Source: Albugo candida
Taxonomy: Eukaryota
Direction of reading: 5' to 3'
Assembly (NCBI GenBank): GCA_040437565.1
Contig: JBDOQK010000012.1
Coordinates: 186,001-250,000, forward strand
DNA: 64,000 bases
Positions 24,928-38,395 of this stretch are shown here, in pieces. Position numbers and translations under genes: made by a program. The notes beneath the pieces are model-generated. The model was not told where the DNA came from. It did no database searches and saw nothing but the letters and a program-made list of their open reading frames with translations. Positions within the stretch are counted from its first letter, which is position 1, and every line of letters starts with the position of its first letter.

Positions 24928-27900
24928 CTAAACGATAAAATCCTCCAAGTCGGCAAACGCATCATCACCGCTTTCCTCACGAAGACATTCATCGATATAT
25001 GGATGACGACTTCGTAGTCTCCTCCTCTTACGTCGTCTTAGAATTGGAATAGTTCCCAGCCAATGTTTTCGATTTCGAGCGAATTTACTTGATATTTCGC
25101 GATTTCCACCGTCAGTAGTTGACAGCCCGTATGGCTGAACTCGATCCAGTAGTAGCTGCAAATACGAGTGCATCTCCGCGTCGCTCTTACAGATCTAGAA
25201 AAAATATGATAAGTCTAAGACTGACACATCAGGTGTATGGTACATACCTCTCTCCATTTCGTGAGGAAGCCAATCCATTCAGATGAAAATAAGTCGAATT
25301 GGAGCCCCGTATTAGCAAGCTTTGTATGCAGAACGCGGTCAGACGTGTCGCACAGTGATTTTATTTCCTGAAGCCAGCATTTTGCGGCAATAATATAGTG
25401 CGTAGTAATTGACAAGAATGGCAGTCTTTCTGTGCTTTCATCTTCATGATATGCAGCCGTCATGATAAAGCAGGTACCCTTCTTCACGATTCGCATCATC
25501 CCATCCAGTGTGAGCAGTAATTTGGCAATTGTCTTGCTAAGATCTACTGATATCGCCCTAGTCAGTTTGGTGGGGCTGAAAACATTACGTTCTGTCGACT
25601 GGACGAAGAGCTGTACGATCCACAAGTAGTTTGCATTCGTTAGGTCCAAATCGTCGACTTCGATAAGAGAACCAGTCACAATTGCGATTAAATCTTTGAT
25701 GAGAACAATTACGCTCTGCGATGATTGCTGCCAGATTTCAGCGGATGCTGTATCCAGAAGTCTTGCCTGAACACTCTGTGCCTGACCAATGTATTTCAGA
25801 ATGCTCTGTAGTGCCATCATCTTCTCTGTGCTGCATCTCAAGAAAGGTATTCGAACTTGCTCGTCATCAAAGTCACAATCTTTTACAGAGCTAGGTGAAT
25901 CGCCCTGATATTCCAAACTCTCCTCATCACTGCTTTCAAGAATCGAACGATGTAGACGCTTCAATTTTCGCTTAAAGCTGCCTGGTTTTTCGATCAAGAC
26001 TTTTGGTTGATAGTGTTTTTTATGACGTCCGATTAGCTTCTTGCATTTTTCAATACCACACACCAATGCGAAACCCACAATTCTTTGATGATTCACTTTG
26101 ATTGTGCTGAGAAGCTCTTCCTGTATTATCATCGCGTCTGAGTTGTCTGATATAGAGAGAATGACATGCGGGAAGCAGATTTCTAGTAAGACATGCAGTA
26201 GATTCGGTTGATAAACGACATGGATACACAGCAAGTCGTATGCCATACAAGCCAATCGTAGATGTATAGTGCTGTTTGCTTTCTCTTCTCGAGAATCTCG
26301 AGTAAGCTTTAATAAAGACTCCACCAGTTTTGCACAAGCCATTTGAGATCTCTCCACGCCTTCAAAGTCCATCAAATAGGCAAGGTCGAGAAAATAACGA
26401 AGCGCCAAGTAGCTGGTGATGTTCTGATGTGTTTCATCTTCCGTAAGCGACGTCGCAAAGAACAAGTTGCTACCTCGTACATGACTGGAGATTGTATCCA
26501 ATTCATCTGACGTAAGACGACATAGATGGATTGATAGTCCACCTAGTATTTTGCACAAGTATGGCTCGTATGACTTGAGAGACTCCAAAACGGTAGAGAC
26601 CGGCGAACTTTTCTCAAGGTGTTGAGTAACCCAAGTCGGAAAGTGAGGTGTGATCGTCTGAGGATTCACCGACAAAAATATGACTTTTGGTTGCACTTTG
26701 TGATTTTTCGGACTACTTGTGAGTGCTTTCTCATGTTGAAAGCGAATTTTTTTTGCGATACCACCATAAAGAGTCAATAGCGATCGAAATATGAAGATAC
26801 TCTTGTCATGATCACCGATTTCCTTGCAGCAGTAGTTCAGTATGTACGTAAAGCCATCACTGCTCACGTAAGACCTTGAAGCTCCTCTATCACTTTCCAT
26901 GTCATTTGATCGATGCGAGGCGACAGGTTGATCATGGCCGGCGCTGTTTCTGTCAGAAATTGGGAACTCTGGGTCAAGTGCATGAGCTAGGAGTCGTATG
27001 AGTTGAGGAAGATGTTTTGCCATTGCATTATGAAGCGGGTTTATACTGCATTTCTTACCATCATCTGGTCGATCGGCTGTGGTATGCAACGCAGACGACA
27101 TCCGTTCTAAGGAAGACATAAAGTCTATCAATTGCCAGAGCTTCTGTTCCCATTTTGATGCACCTCTGTTGTTCAGCTCCAAGTGAGATAAAACTAGTTC
27201 CAATACTATATGACACAATCCCATCGCCAAAGAAGCGCGAGCTACGTATTTCCATAAGACTTTTGGTCGACCAGACGATGAAGTATGTGACGAGCTACAG
27301 AATGGACCATGCGGCACGTGCGACGAAGAATCTACGGTAGATTGCTCTTGGGTATCTTCATCGGTACCCCCCTCTACCTCTTGTATCCCTGTAGTAATCC
27401 ACACAGAGAGTCGATCGAAATCAAATACAAACTTCACTATCGCGAGTGTGATTGATTCTGTAAAGCGACCAAAAGGATGTTCCTCGTATCTCTTTGGCGT
27501 CTCCGAGCTCAGTTTTTCGATCAAGGTCATACACTTGAACAAAGCATAGAAAGTATGCCCGAGTCCGATTGCATTAGATACTGGTAAAAAAAGATCAATT
27601 TCTTTCGACGTATCCAGGCAGCGCAATACTTTGTCTACTTGGGTGAAGTTTATAGCATGGGTAAATGACATATACCGGTCAAGAATCGGATGAAATTCCA
27701 TTGAAGTAGTGTGAACAGACTCGTCAATCGCTTCCGCTCGATCCATATCGTTGGTGGCATTTTTTATCCAGCTCAATGATCTCATGTCTATGTATTTACA
27801 TAGAAACTCACGAACGAAATCATACAACGCCAAGACCATCCAATCGTTTCCATTCTTCCGAGCTTCTTGATTGTCGTGACCCTTTGAACAGGGTTGTAAG

Positions 27901-30713
27901 TCGCTATTCGTAAGGCGAGTCATCGCTGTGTACTGGTCGAAGGTGCTCAGTAAATGTAGAAAGCAGATGCATCGAGCAGTACCCAGCTGATCTACTGATC
28001 TTCTCAATTGTTCGATCACATCTTGCTACAAACAAGATGAAATATTAAAAATGACAATTCACGTGTGTCCTCAGATCTGCGTACAAAGCACTGACGACTC
28101 AGCCGTAGCCTTGATTGTGCCGGTAGCATCAATTGCTCTTGTATCCAGAAACAATAGATTCTGACCGCTGATTTTTGTTGAGTATAAATATTGGTATGGA
28201 ATAGTCTTTCCAGAAAGCTTTGTACAAAATTGTAGTATTCTATACCGAACCCAGTTTTGTGAGCAGATTGTACTTTGGAGAGTGCCATCGTACCTGTAGA
28301 GATAGCTGTCGGCGATAGCAGCCAGATAAAATAAGATTGCGCCATTGCGATGTTGATACTGAATAGTTGACTATCCCTGAAAGATAAGTACTGGAGAGCA
28401 AACGTGGATGACAAGCAACGTACGTCAGCCAATTCTGAATCACCGGAATTTGTGGTAATAAAGCATTCATAGTTCCCGGGCTGGAACTGGAGCGCTCAAT
28501 GACCATTTTTAAAGCAATCGCATACTGTGAGCCGATCGGGTCTCCGAAGTTGTTCGAAATTTCAGCCTTGATCTTACGGGTACTGTGAGCTGTACAACTT
28601 GAACGACACTCCTGTAATATTCCCTCGAGTATACAGGTGAATAATTCTGGTTGGAAATTTGTGGACTTGGAGTGCGTAGTGAGATAATGGTCGAGCGAAT
28701 TTGAATTATTACCTTTTCAAATAGAGCAGTAAGGGTGCTGGTCGCAACTATTAGATTATCGTCATTGCAAACTGAATCTTTCTGGTTCTCATCAAGATGG
28801 ACGCGCCCATCAAGCCAGCGTAAGGCCAAACGGGTTAGTATAGCCGACTTCCATTTCTCTTCGTCTTTTAAAGGATTGCCAAAAGTAACAATCTTGCAGA
28901 CAGTTGAGCTATACCGAACATAAACATCCGTCGATTCGTTGACAGCGCCATTTGAAGCGAGCTCTTCTGACTTTGCAGACTCCCATTCATGTTGTAATAG
29001 ACGTAAAAGTGTTTGTTCGACAATATCGGATTTGCGTGAGTCATGTTTATTATATAACCTCGTGCATCCGGTGTCCAAAATGGGCGTTGATGCATGCAGA
29101 ACGTGCAATAAAAGCACAATATCTTTCCAGCCCGTGCGAATAGCAAAGAAGTGTGGGAAGTTCGAGGAACTGGCAGATTCTCCCAGAGGCAAACCATCGT
29201 CCAAGCTCCGCTGTACAGCATCACAAAAATAGGGTAGAATGCTTAAGTGCTGCTGCATAAACTGAATGATCGAAACAAAAGTTTAGTTTCGATGGAAGGC
29301 TAAAATCCATTGAATTCTTACCGTCTGAACGCATTGATCTATTTCGGAAGCATATGTAACAGGACACTCTTGAAGTATTGCACGTACATAGGTTGCCCAG
29401 CGAAGATCTTTTGTGATCATAAGAGCAAACATAATCTCGCGTAAAAGATGCAATACTGTTTTCATCGGCATTACATTGTTATCGAACACTTTGACATTGA
29501 GGAGCATCTTCTCAAGCATGACGCTCATTTGGTGCCATATCACTGACGGGACATTGTAGCGATGTTCACTTATACCTTCCATTACAGATGGTATCAAAGC
29601 ATTGGTCCATCCAAGTTCGCAGACGCTCATGAGAATCTGCAAGGAGAAGAAATGTTGATACTTTGCATGTACATTAAGTTTATCATCAGAACCTTCTCCA
29701 TTTTTGATAATTTTTCTGTACCATCGACTCTTAGTGGTGAGCTTTTACTGCTACTTGATTGCAAGTGTGAAGGTGTTGAGCTGTCGATCATGTCGCATAG
29801 GCGAAGTGTAAAGTCCAAAAGCATTGTAATGACAGCTAAATTTCGCTCACAGCATCTCTGCACTTGGTCTGTTTGCGTCTGTCGACCTCGAACTACGAGT
29901 TCTCTCAGCACATTCAATGCTACAGTCAGCACACATTCGATTCCGTTGACAGTATCTGAGAGTGAGGCTGTCAGATGTGCAGTCGACCGCTCGGTTTTGA
30001 TAGCCATTGGATAAACTTTGCTTTCAGATATACAGTCGCATAATTCGACTTGGTGTGTGAGAAGCTCGTGTGTGCTTAGCGACTTGTAAAAAGCAAGAGC
30101 TATTTCCGCGAGCCGTATTCGGACTTGTGTCTCTTCCACAATGTCAATCGTCAAAGTCTACAAGATGTGATATTGTCTTAAGAAGTGTGTTCTTACATTA
30201 AGGCTACAAAACCTGTAAAATCTCGATCGCATCTTGAAAGCGGCTCCGGTCGGAAAACGACTGCTGGTGAATAATACCAGACGACATCAATCTTACCGTA
30301 AAATTGCATTCAAGTACGAATGCGTATTATGATTGCATGGCACAGCAGAATCGATTTTGCAAAAACGTCCAAGCTTTTCTTACAATCAGCACACGCTTTA
30401 AGTAAAAGATCCAGCTCGAAGCGCCGCTCATTCTGCCTTGAATGGTATGTGAAATATGAAATTTAAGCTCATTTGTCGCAGCATATGAATGTGAAGACAA
30501 TAATAAGCGATACGGGCAGGATCTATCGTCGAAGGGCTGCAAAAGCAGGGAAAAGTGCCGAACTTCGCTCTTATATTTGTCTGTACAGTATGTGCAATTA
30601 GAAACATTGGTGTCCACGCCGCTGTACGTCATTTTGGGTAGATCGAAAGGTCTCATTTCAGCAAATATTGAGAGCAGGAGTTGCTCCGTGAATGAATGGA
30701 CACTTGTGTTCAT
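24928..30713 (-). CDS. Large multi-exon uncharacterised protein (probably helical and nuclear), basic NLS plus acidic C-terminal motif
   Basis: Chain of same-strand ORFs (30327-30713, 29627-30154, 29283-29642, 28509-29258, 28016-28506, 25215-28019, 24928-25173) separated by intron-sized gaps. Ends 'RRRKRRRLRSRHPYIDECLREESGDDAFADLEDFIV'. Start uncertain. Confidence 0.6.
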
Positions 30714-33120
30714 TTCAACCCGCTAACACTTACACTAAGAAGGGCAAACTACTTGCAACGTAAGATCGACGTTAGAGAGGATGAAAACATTGCAGCGGGG
30801 CAGTCTCTTTGTGCAAGTAGCACAGTGATGGATTCATCGATGCTCCCAATGATCGCCCAACATATTACTTTATGCAAAAAAAGTCAGTTTATCCACCTCC
30901 CACCATTGGGCATTTTCTCGATACACTTCGTAGTCGAACATACTCGAATCAACACTATTTCGTGTCATCGACATGCCGAATTTCGACTCATCTTTCGCTT
31001 GTTCATTCATTCATTTATTCAGAAAGAAGAAATCTGACAACGTGTGTGCATCTATAAAAAAAAAACGGGCCTTGTGCTCACCCTTCCATCACAGTCACCA
31101 CTAGCCGTGGTTTTGCTCCCATATATGCTTTTTCTTGACAACTCACAATGTGTGTCACTTTCTGTGCATTAAAGTGATAAACATCTTCGCCACTATGCCG
31201 TTAGGCTAAACTGTAGCCTATCAACATCTCAGGGAAATATACAATTTTCCTGCTATTAATTTTAAGCGCGAAAGGTCTTTATTGCCGGTCACAATGTACA
31301 TATTCGCAATGCTCATGCCATGATAGTCCATATATATACCAGCGAACGCTATTGAGACTCACGTGTATATTACTCTATAGGTTCCACGAATACTACAAGT
31401 GATTATTTGATTCAAGTACCACCTATCTCATATCTTTAGCGAAAGAGAGGTAGCTCACGTCTGAAGTCAACTAGAATTATGGTTGAGTAGCGCATCTCAC
31501 ATTACTGCAGGCTTGTTGCTTTAGGCTTTCCGATGAAGCTGTAATGCCAGCAATATGATATGGTTGAGACTCTATAAAAGCAGTCGCATGATCCCATTGT
31601 TGTTCATTGAGCGGCATAGCCGACGAAATCATGGATAAGCAAGGCTAAATGCCAAAATACCATACTTGTGAAAGATTTGTGGAGTATAGTTCTCATCGTC
31701 CACTAACCAGTATTCTTATGTTGCATTCGTGAAGAATCATAAAGACAGCAGCAGCAATGAGATCAGGCAGTAAAAACTCGTAAGTTTTGTAAAAACCTGT
31801 GGGAATCATAGAATAGATTTGAAGTACATTGGAAAGAAGACATTTTCGATATACCATTGGTCAAATCATACGGACACTCACATTATCGACAAAAACCAGC
31901 AAGCATTGGAATGAAACAAACGAATCGGTTACCCTGCTTTGGTGGGTGCCACAAGCATAAAATCCGGCGGTCTATGGTGCCAGAGTATTATTGAATGTCG
32001 GTCCTAGCCGAGTCTGTTCTTTGTGTTAAGCACTCATCAAAGCATAAAACGAGTCATGAGCTCAACAGAGGATTTCAGTGAAGAACTTGATCAAACAGCG
32101 TCTCCGAAATCGCAATGGTTGTCAATCTATATCTGGGAATGTCAGTATCCGTAACTTGCTCTGTATAGCGCCTGAGCTGGCAATATCTTTTCCGATAGAA
32201 GTCAGGCCGGATAGAAATCATTGTATACCCGGAAGTATCCGAATTAGGGATGACAGTAGTGGAGGCAACCTCATTACGATCCAGTGTGCTTGGAGTGCAC
32301 AGTTGGTCATCGACCTGGTGTGAAGGTCTAATCGTTTATCAGCATAGAGAAGTCACGCTCAGTAAAGAATTATTTCAGAATAATTGTTGCCAGACCTTGA
32401 CGACCGTGTCAACTCAAAGAGCGAAATAAAAGCTCTCATTAGGCTATCGGCAATATATTTATGGGGCGTTGCACAATCGGGTACTTTAGTGCTCAGCATG
32501 ATAGTCGGCCAATAACGTCGACGAAAGCTTCCAATACTCAACGACCCGCGGTATGTATGTCCCATGGACAAGGCGATAGCACAATCAGCTACTCTTTCTT
32601 GATCCAAACGGCCATATATTTGTCTTTGTCTTTTATTACTCTCGCGTGCTCATCCATCAGCGAAATAACTGCTGCAGCTGGTAGGGAATTATTTGGAGCG
32701 GCGAGTTTGCATGATTATAAATCTAGCAGAACTGATCGGGAAGTTTCGCTGGACGGATACGTGCACCACCATCAACTCCCAGGCCAGCCAATAGGGCACT
32801 TATAGTCCAGCTGATCAAATCTACGCGCTATATAACGCTTGCACGCATCTTATTCTAGGTTCCAACAAATCATCATGTTGCTTTTATTCGCCACCAACTT
32901 CACATGTACTGGCATTCCTCGTATTTCAGATTTGAACATAGCGTGTAGAGAAGCTGTCTACTTGTTCGAATATCTTGGCAGCATGCAGTACGAAGTGTAC
33001 GTAATAGCAGCGCAATGTATAAATAATCAAACAAATCAAGCACGGCACAAAACATTTCTCATTTTACTAGCACACTTTTACAAGTTCGACATGTTTACAC
33101 TATCACTTGAACAATAACAG

Positions 33121-33253
33121 AACACTACAACAACAACGAAACACTACAACAACAACGAAACACTACAACAACAACGAAACACTACAGCAACAACAAAACA
33201 CTACAACAACAACGAAACACTACAACAACAATAAAACACTACAACAATAAATA
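33121..33253. repeat. Tandem minisatellite, 7 copies of 19-bp AACACTACAACAACAACGA
   Basis: Units start at 33121, 33140, 33159, 33178, 33197, 33216 and 33235; units 4, 6 and 7 carry substitutions. Confidence 0.95.
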
Positions 33254-33344
33254 ACAAATAACGGCCGTGTCGTTTGACGATAGCTGAATGAGTATGCGCT
33301 TTTCCTACTTGTATCGTATGCGCTGAGAGCACGCGGACTCTCGT

Positions 33345-35640
33345 CTAGAGTCTCTGATCCGAATGGATTCGCATCACTTCTGCAAGCGATTCTTCTGAAG
33401 TTGCGGAAGTCGATGAGCATTGGCTTCCCCTACGGATGGGTCGAACTTCATCATCCCATTGACGTGGGTGCTCCATTGAATCCACTTGTCCCTCAGCTCC
33501 TCCACCACGCAACGCTCTGATAAACGGTTCTTCCATATGTCCATAGCTCTGAAGATGAGCGTCTTGTGCGCCTTGAAAGTCTGAAATATGACCTCGCAGA
33601 CGGATGAGTTCAACCACGTGCTTCTCCGCCTCCTTACGCAAACGCTCTGTAATTCGTCGATTGCTCGCTCTCAATTCCTTGATTCGGTCATCACGGACTG
33701 TAACTTTTCGTTTCGCTTCCTTGGTATTCTTTTCCGATGCTGCAACCTTTCCAAGAAGTTGCCGTTGTACAGCAACTAGATGCACCAACTTCTGCTGCAT
33801 TGCGTGCAAATATTCGCTTTCTTTTCCTTTAACTCCAGCACCTGGGGACTGCAGTTCTGCAATATCGTACAAGCTTGATCGATTGACTCCTTGTGATGAC
33901 AACATATCAACCTGCTGTTGTAGCTTCTCCGCGTGATTCGTCAATTCCTTGTGCTTGAACTCCAGTTGTTTGTGATCAGACTGGAGGACGCTGTACTGGC
34001 TATCTTTCGTTTTCAAGGAGCATTCCAATCTCGCCACAATTCTCTTGTTTTCTTTGTCGGCTTCCTTGCAACTAAATTTGAAAGACTCCATGGACTGAGC
34101 TTTGCTATCCAGTCGAGCTTTCAGATCTTGTATTTCAAGTCCTCGTCGATCCGACTCCAGCTGTACCTTCAGGTATTCTTCTTCTAGCTTCCTGAATTTC
34201 TTCTGGAGCTGTTGCATATCCTCGATAGTGCTTGCTTCAGATGACATGGCCGTTTCATGAGCACTTGTAGGTACACTTCTCATTCCTGAGCGTCCTTGAT
34301 CGCTGCTTGCTGATACATTTTCATGAGGGGTAGAAGTTTCCAGCCGATTCTTCAGCAAATCAACACGATTCCTTTCCAGTTGTAGATCCCTTTGAAGCAT
34401 TGTCACAATATCCATCAAGTCATCGGCACTCTTCCGCTCGTTGATAACTGCTTGATTCTTAATCTTTTTCGCCCGGGTGCCAAACCGAAGGGTCGAAAGT
34501 GTCTCGGTTGAATCCCACACGCTGCACGATATGTTCACAATGAGTGTTGTCCGTGAATTGCCACCAAAGGAGTCTTGAAGAATACGAGTGAGTGTCGAAT
34601 TGCGATACGGGACATGATTCATCTTTGGGTCGGTCAAGTTGTGAATAACGTTTCCGAGGGTAGACAGCGATCTATTGATCATCTTCGCCTCCTCAAGCCG
34701 TCTTCCAGCAGCTTCGGTCCTCCTCACCATTTCGGATCCAGCCAGATCCACGAGGTAGAGCTTTCCTGATTTGACCACTTGGGTATCAACATTTTTCTGA
34801 GACAATGTCACCAAAAGGACACTGTGACTGCGTGAGCTGCGCTCATTCATTTTGGTTGCGGCCATGGCACGCCTTTTGATTCCTTCAGTCGCAAGATGCA
34901 TCAAGTCTTCTGCGCTTGTGACAAACGTCTCGATCATATTTTCAACAAAGAATCCACGTTGCGTGTCCTCCCGTATTCGGAGCTTCGTTCCTGATCTTTG
35001 CGCTTTCAAGAGATCGGACACTTGCTCCATATAGATTTCGATATGGCTGATCTTGACTGTACATTCCAACTTTTCATCAACATTATCAACGAAGTTAAAT
35101 AATTGGACAGCTGTTCTTGGAATTATTCCATGATCCTCAGGGCGATCTGCGTCGCCACCTTGCAATGTATACGTCTTACCCGACGCCGTTTGCCCGTAAG
35201 TGAGGATAGTGGAGTTGTATCCGTCTATAATATCTACATGAAGAAGTGAGATATACTAGAACAAAACCATATCGACAAACATAATCAAACCTTGAACAGC
35301 CGGTCGGGCTACCGCATTGAACACGGTTAATTGATCATCTTCTTCGGTGAAGACGTGGTCATAATGGAAGTCGTGAGACACCGTTTCTTTCTATACAAAG
35401 AATTACGAATGCGATACATATTGAACGAGCATGAATACCGCACCTTGTAGTGGACAATGTTGTCGCTTGTTCGAACACATTTGCGTTCGTCTTGATTGGT
35501 TTCTCTCGCAGGTAGAGGTCTTAGTCGGCAACAAACGCGAACGTTGCCAACTTGTTCATTCTATCAAGCATCATTCATCAAGCGTTAGTGTCACGTCATT
35601 ATGAAACGAAAAGTCATAAACCTACTTTTGGAGTCACCAT
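33345..35640 (-). CDS. KHC: Kinesin-1 heavy chain (conventional kinesin), multi-exon
   Basis: P-loop YGQTASGKTYT, switch motifs NERSSRSH and LVDLAGSE, HVPYRNSTLTRILQDSFGGN, tail coil 'LVAVQRQLL...RDDRIKEL' and IAK-like 'IRALRGGG'. Short 5' exons run up to the ATG at 35640. Confidence 0.92.
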
Positions 35641-36006
35641 AGGGGTTCAACTTGACAGCTTTAGCCTGCTTTCTTAGTGATCTTAGCTATTTATATATTT
35701 CCGGGAAGGCAGCCAATAAAAACATGCATATAAAATAGAGCCGCTCAGGATTGGATATAGATTTCGTGTNNNNNNNNNNNNNNNNNNNNNNNNNNNNNNN
35801 NNNNNNNNNNNNNNNNNNNNNNNNNNNNNNNNNNNNNNNNNNNNNNNNNNNNNNNNNNNNNNNNNNNNNGTCACCATAGGGGTTCAACTTGACAGCTTTA
35901 GCCTGCTTTCTTAGTGATCTTAGCTATTTATATATTTCCGGGAAGGCAGCCAATAAAAACATGCATATAAAATAGAGCCGCTCAGGATTGGATATAGATT
36001 TCGTGT
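35633..36006. other. Assembly gap (100 N, 35770-35869) with 137-bp duplicated overlap
   Basis: 35633-35769 is repeated at 35870-36006. Confidence 0.95.
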
Positions 36007-37324
36007 ATTGGACGAATGAAAACGTGACAATTGAAAGCTGCAGCATCTAATGCATTTACAAGTAGCCACAGTGAAGACGACATAAGATGCTTTACTCACG
36101 TCAAACTTGATCAAGTACGAGCATGTGGCATGGGTCATAGCTTATGCGTTGAGAAGATCGAGACAAGCCACGATTACATGAAGTTCTAGTCTCGAGATAA
36201 AAATATCGCCTTGATACGTGATGAAGATTACATACACCGATTATTGTTGAAGAAGAAATGCATACTAATATAGCGCTTCTGAATTCACTAGATGCACCAT
36301 CAGGATCGACCTCATTCATGATTGTCACTTATACAATTGTTATTGGCATACAGAAAAGCAACTCGAACAACACCACAAGTCTATTGAGGCGACTACGGTA
36401 GCTGGCAAGGCTGATCTATGATACAAAGTCAGACAACTCTTCGGAAGATGAAGAACCTGAAAAAACATTAAGTTTAGAAAACGCAGGAGATAGCTTTAAT
36501 GCGGCGCGCAAGCGAGTGTCGGTCCCTTCGAACAAAGCGAGATGAAGAAATAGAGCGGATATGGCAAAACAGACGGACGTCAAAACGGGTACAGTTTGAT
36601 GTTGGGATCTCATTTCATACGCTGACGTCTGGGCGGAGACCCATGACAAACGCGAGACAAAACGGAATGGACCAGTCCAAGTACCCTAGCAATTTCCGAC
36701 TGGATTTCCGAGATGCGGAAACTGGTCATCAAAGAAACATGTGAACAAATTTGTCCCGTCGGATGCCTGTACCACACATTGAGCAAGAGTGAGAAACTGT
36801 CGCCACGAATTGCAATGAAATGGATCAGAAATCCTCAAGGGACAATGGTAAGAGTGCTATCTTGAGGTCAGAATCTGTGACATAAAAAAAGGGTCGCAGC
36901 GTTGGAAATGGTGATGATAGAACTCCAAATGAGGACAAATATGGATGGTTGACTAAAGGGGATACTCTGGATCCATACTTGATGAACATGCTCATTGAAT
37001 TAACACGCTAAGTGTTGACCAAGAGGAGCCAAAAGCATGTGCAGATTATGCCTTTCGTCGCCCAGGAAAAGAAAGTGGAAAATGAATTCAGCTGCAGAGA
37101 GAATTGATCCACTTATGGCTTCCTGTTGAAGCTGAATAGTAGTTAATTTCTGGTCTACAACACGGCAATAGTTCGTACTAAAATCAGCAAGTAATCGTAG
37201 TAGTTGCGGTCTGTGGTCAATAAACCACTTTTTTAGATGTCATCTCATCAGAATACGGGTCCGTCTTCTATTTGGATCGATACAGTGGCTGATGGAGCTA
37301 GTCTAAAGTTGTGATCCATGCGAA

Positions 37325-37801
37325 ATGGAATTCGACTCTGCCAATGACAATTTACAGGAACGCGACATTGCCTCAGCTCGTAAAAAACTGAATACTGTAT
37401 GTGTGTGGCCGATGCTTTCATTTTCAAGCGTGCGCGCTAAAATTCGTTTCTTATAGCTCGGGCTACGAAATGGTATACAACTTGGCAAAGAAGAAAAGTT
37501 GCAAGAGGGTTTTGACGCAGGAATCAGGCAATCTGCCAAAGCAGCATACCCTATTGCAAAGTTACGCGGTGCTTTAAGAACTGTGATGGTGACTACTATG
37601 CTCAAAAGAAAGGTAGCTTTCGACTTTGACGCGATACAACACTGTTTAGATAGTCTCGATGTCAAGGATACGCGATTGAAAGCGTTGAGCCCCGCCGTTT
37701 GCTCGCAACTGGAAACCTTATTTGGCCTTTTGAGCTTGCATGAAATGAGAGATTTGGTGCGAAATCTCTCAATGGTAAATCAGGATGAAAAACAAGCTTA
37801 G
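37325..37801 (+). CDS. YAE1: YAE1-family protein (Yae1_N deca-GX3 motif), 2 exons
   Basis: Intron 37397-37456 joins 'ARKKLNT' to 'LGLRNGIQLGKEEKLQEGFDAGIRQSAKAAYPIAKLRGAL'. Confidence 0.75.
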
Positions 37802-38395
37802 CGCCACATTTTGTCAGCACTTGCCGTGTCATTAGCTCATCAGTCGAATTAGCCTGGAAGAATAAAATCACCAAAGAGTAAAGAGCCTCAAGGCTCCACT
37901 TTGGAAGTGAATATAAGAAGAGATCAACTGCTTGACTTCCAGGCTTTTATTGGATCAAGAAAGATAAGGGTAATAGCCGCAAGAAGCGAATTGCATCTTT
38001 CGTCGTAAATGTGTATAGACGGCGTTATTACTTTCCAAAGATGCTGATGTACCAGCAATCGCATGCGTCAGCTACTCGGTACATAAGTCGATCTCAGGCG
38101 GCTGAAAGGATTGCATTCACGTCGCTGATAATCAGCGAGGTCAAGCTTAAGCTACTTCCCAGGTCTATGGATTGCTGTCCATTGAGAGTGACCGCCCCTT
38201 CTTACATCGATTCATTTTTCTGGGCTTATATCGTGGGGCCAACAATCACACAAAGTGACATTAGCAAGCATGAGGCCTTTACTAGTACGACAAAAACGAA
38301 TGACGCAGGCAACCAAAGCGATTCGAGCGGACTTGAGGCTACGGGAATGAAGCATGAGACCTCTTGCGCGCTGACGATTGCTACCTCGTTGTGAT

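Noticed and set aside
33121-33253. CRISPR-like or telomeric array
   Set aside because: Head-to-tail 19-mers with no unique spacers, no cas genes, and not a TTTAGGG/TTAGGG-type repeat.
36250-37100. Short + strand ORF fragments with acidic and KRVQF segments
   Set aside because: I could not build a consistent spliced ORF or recognise a family. It may be a gene or pseudogene but is unsupported.
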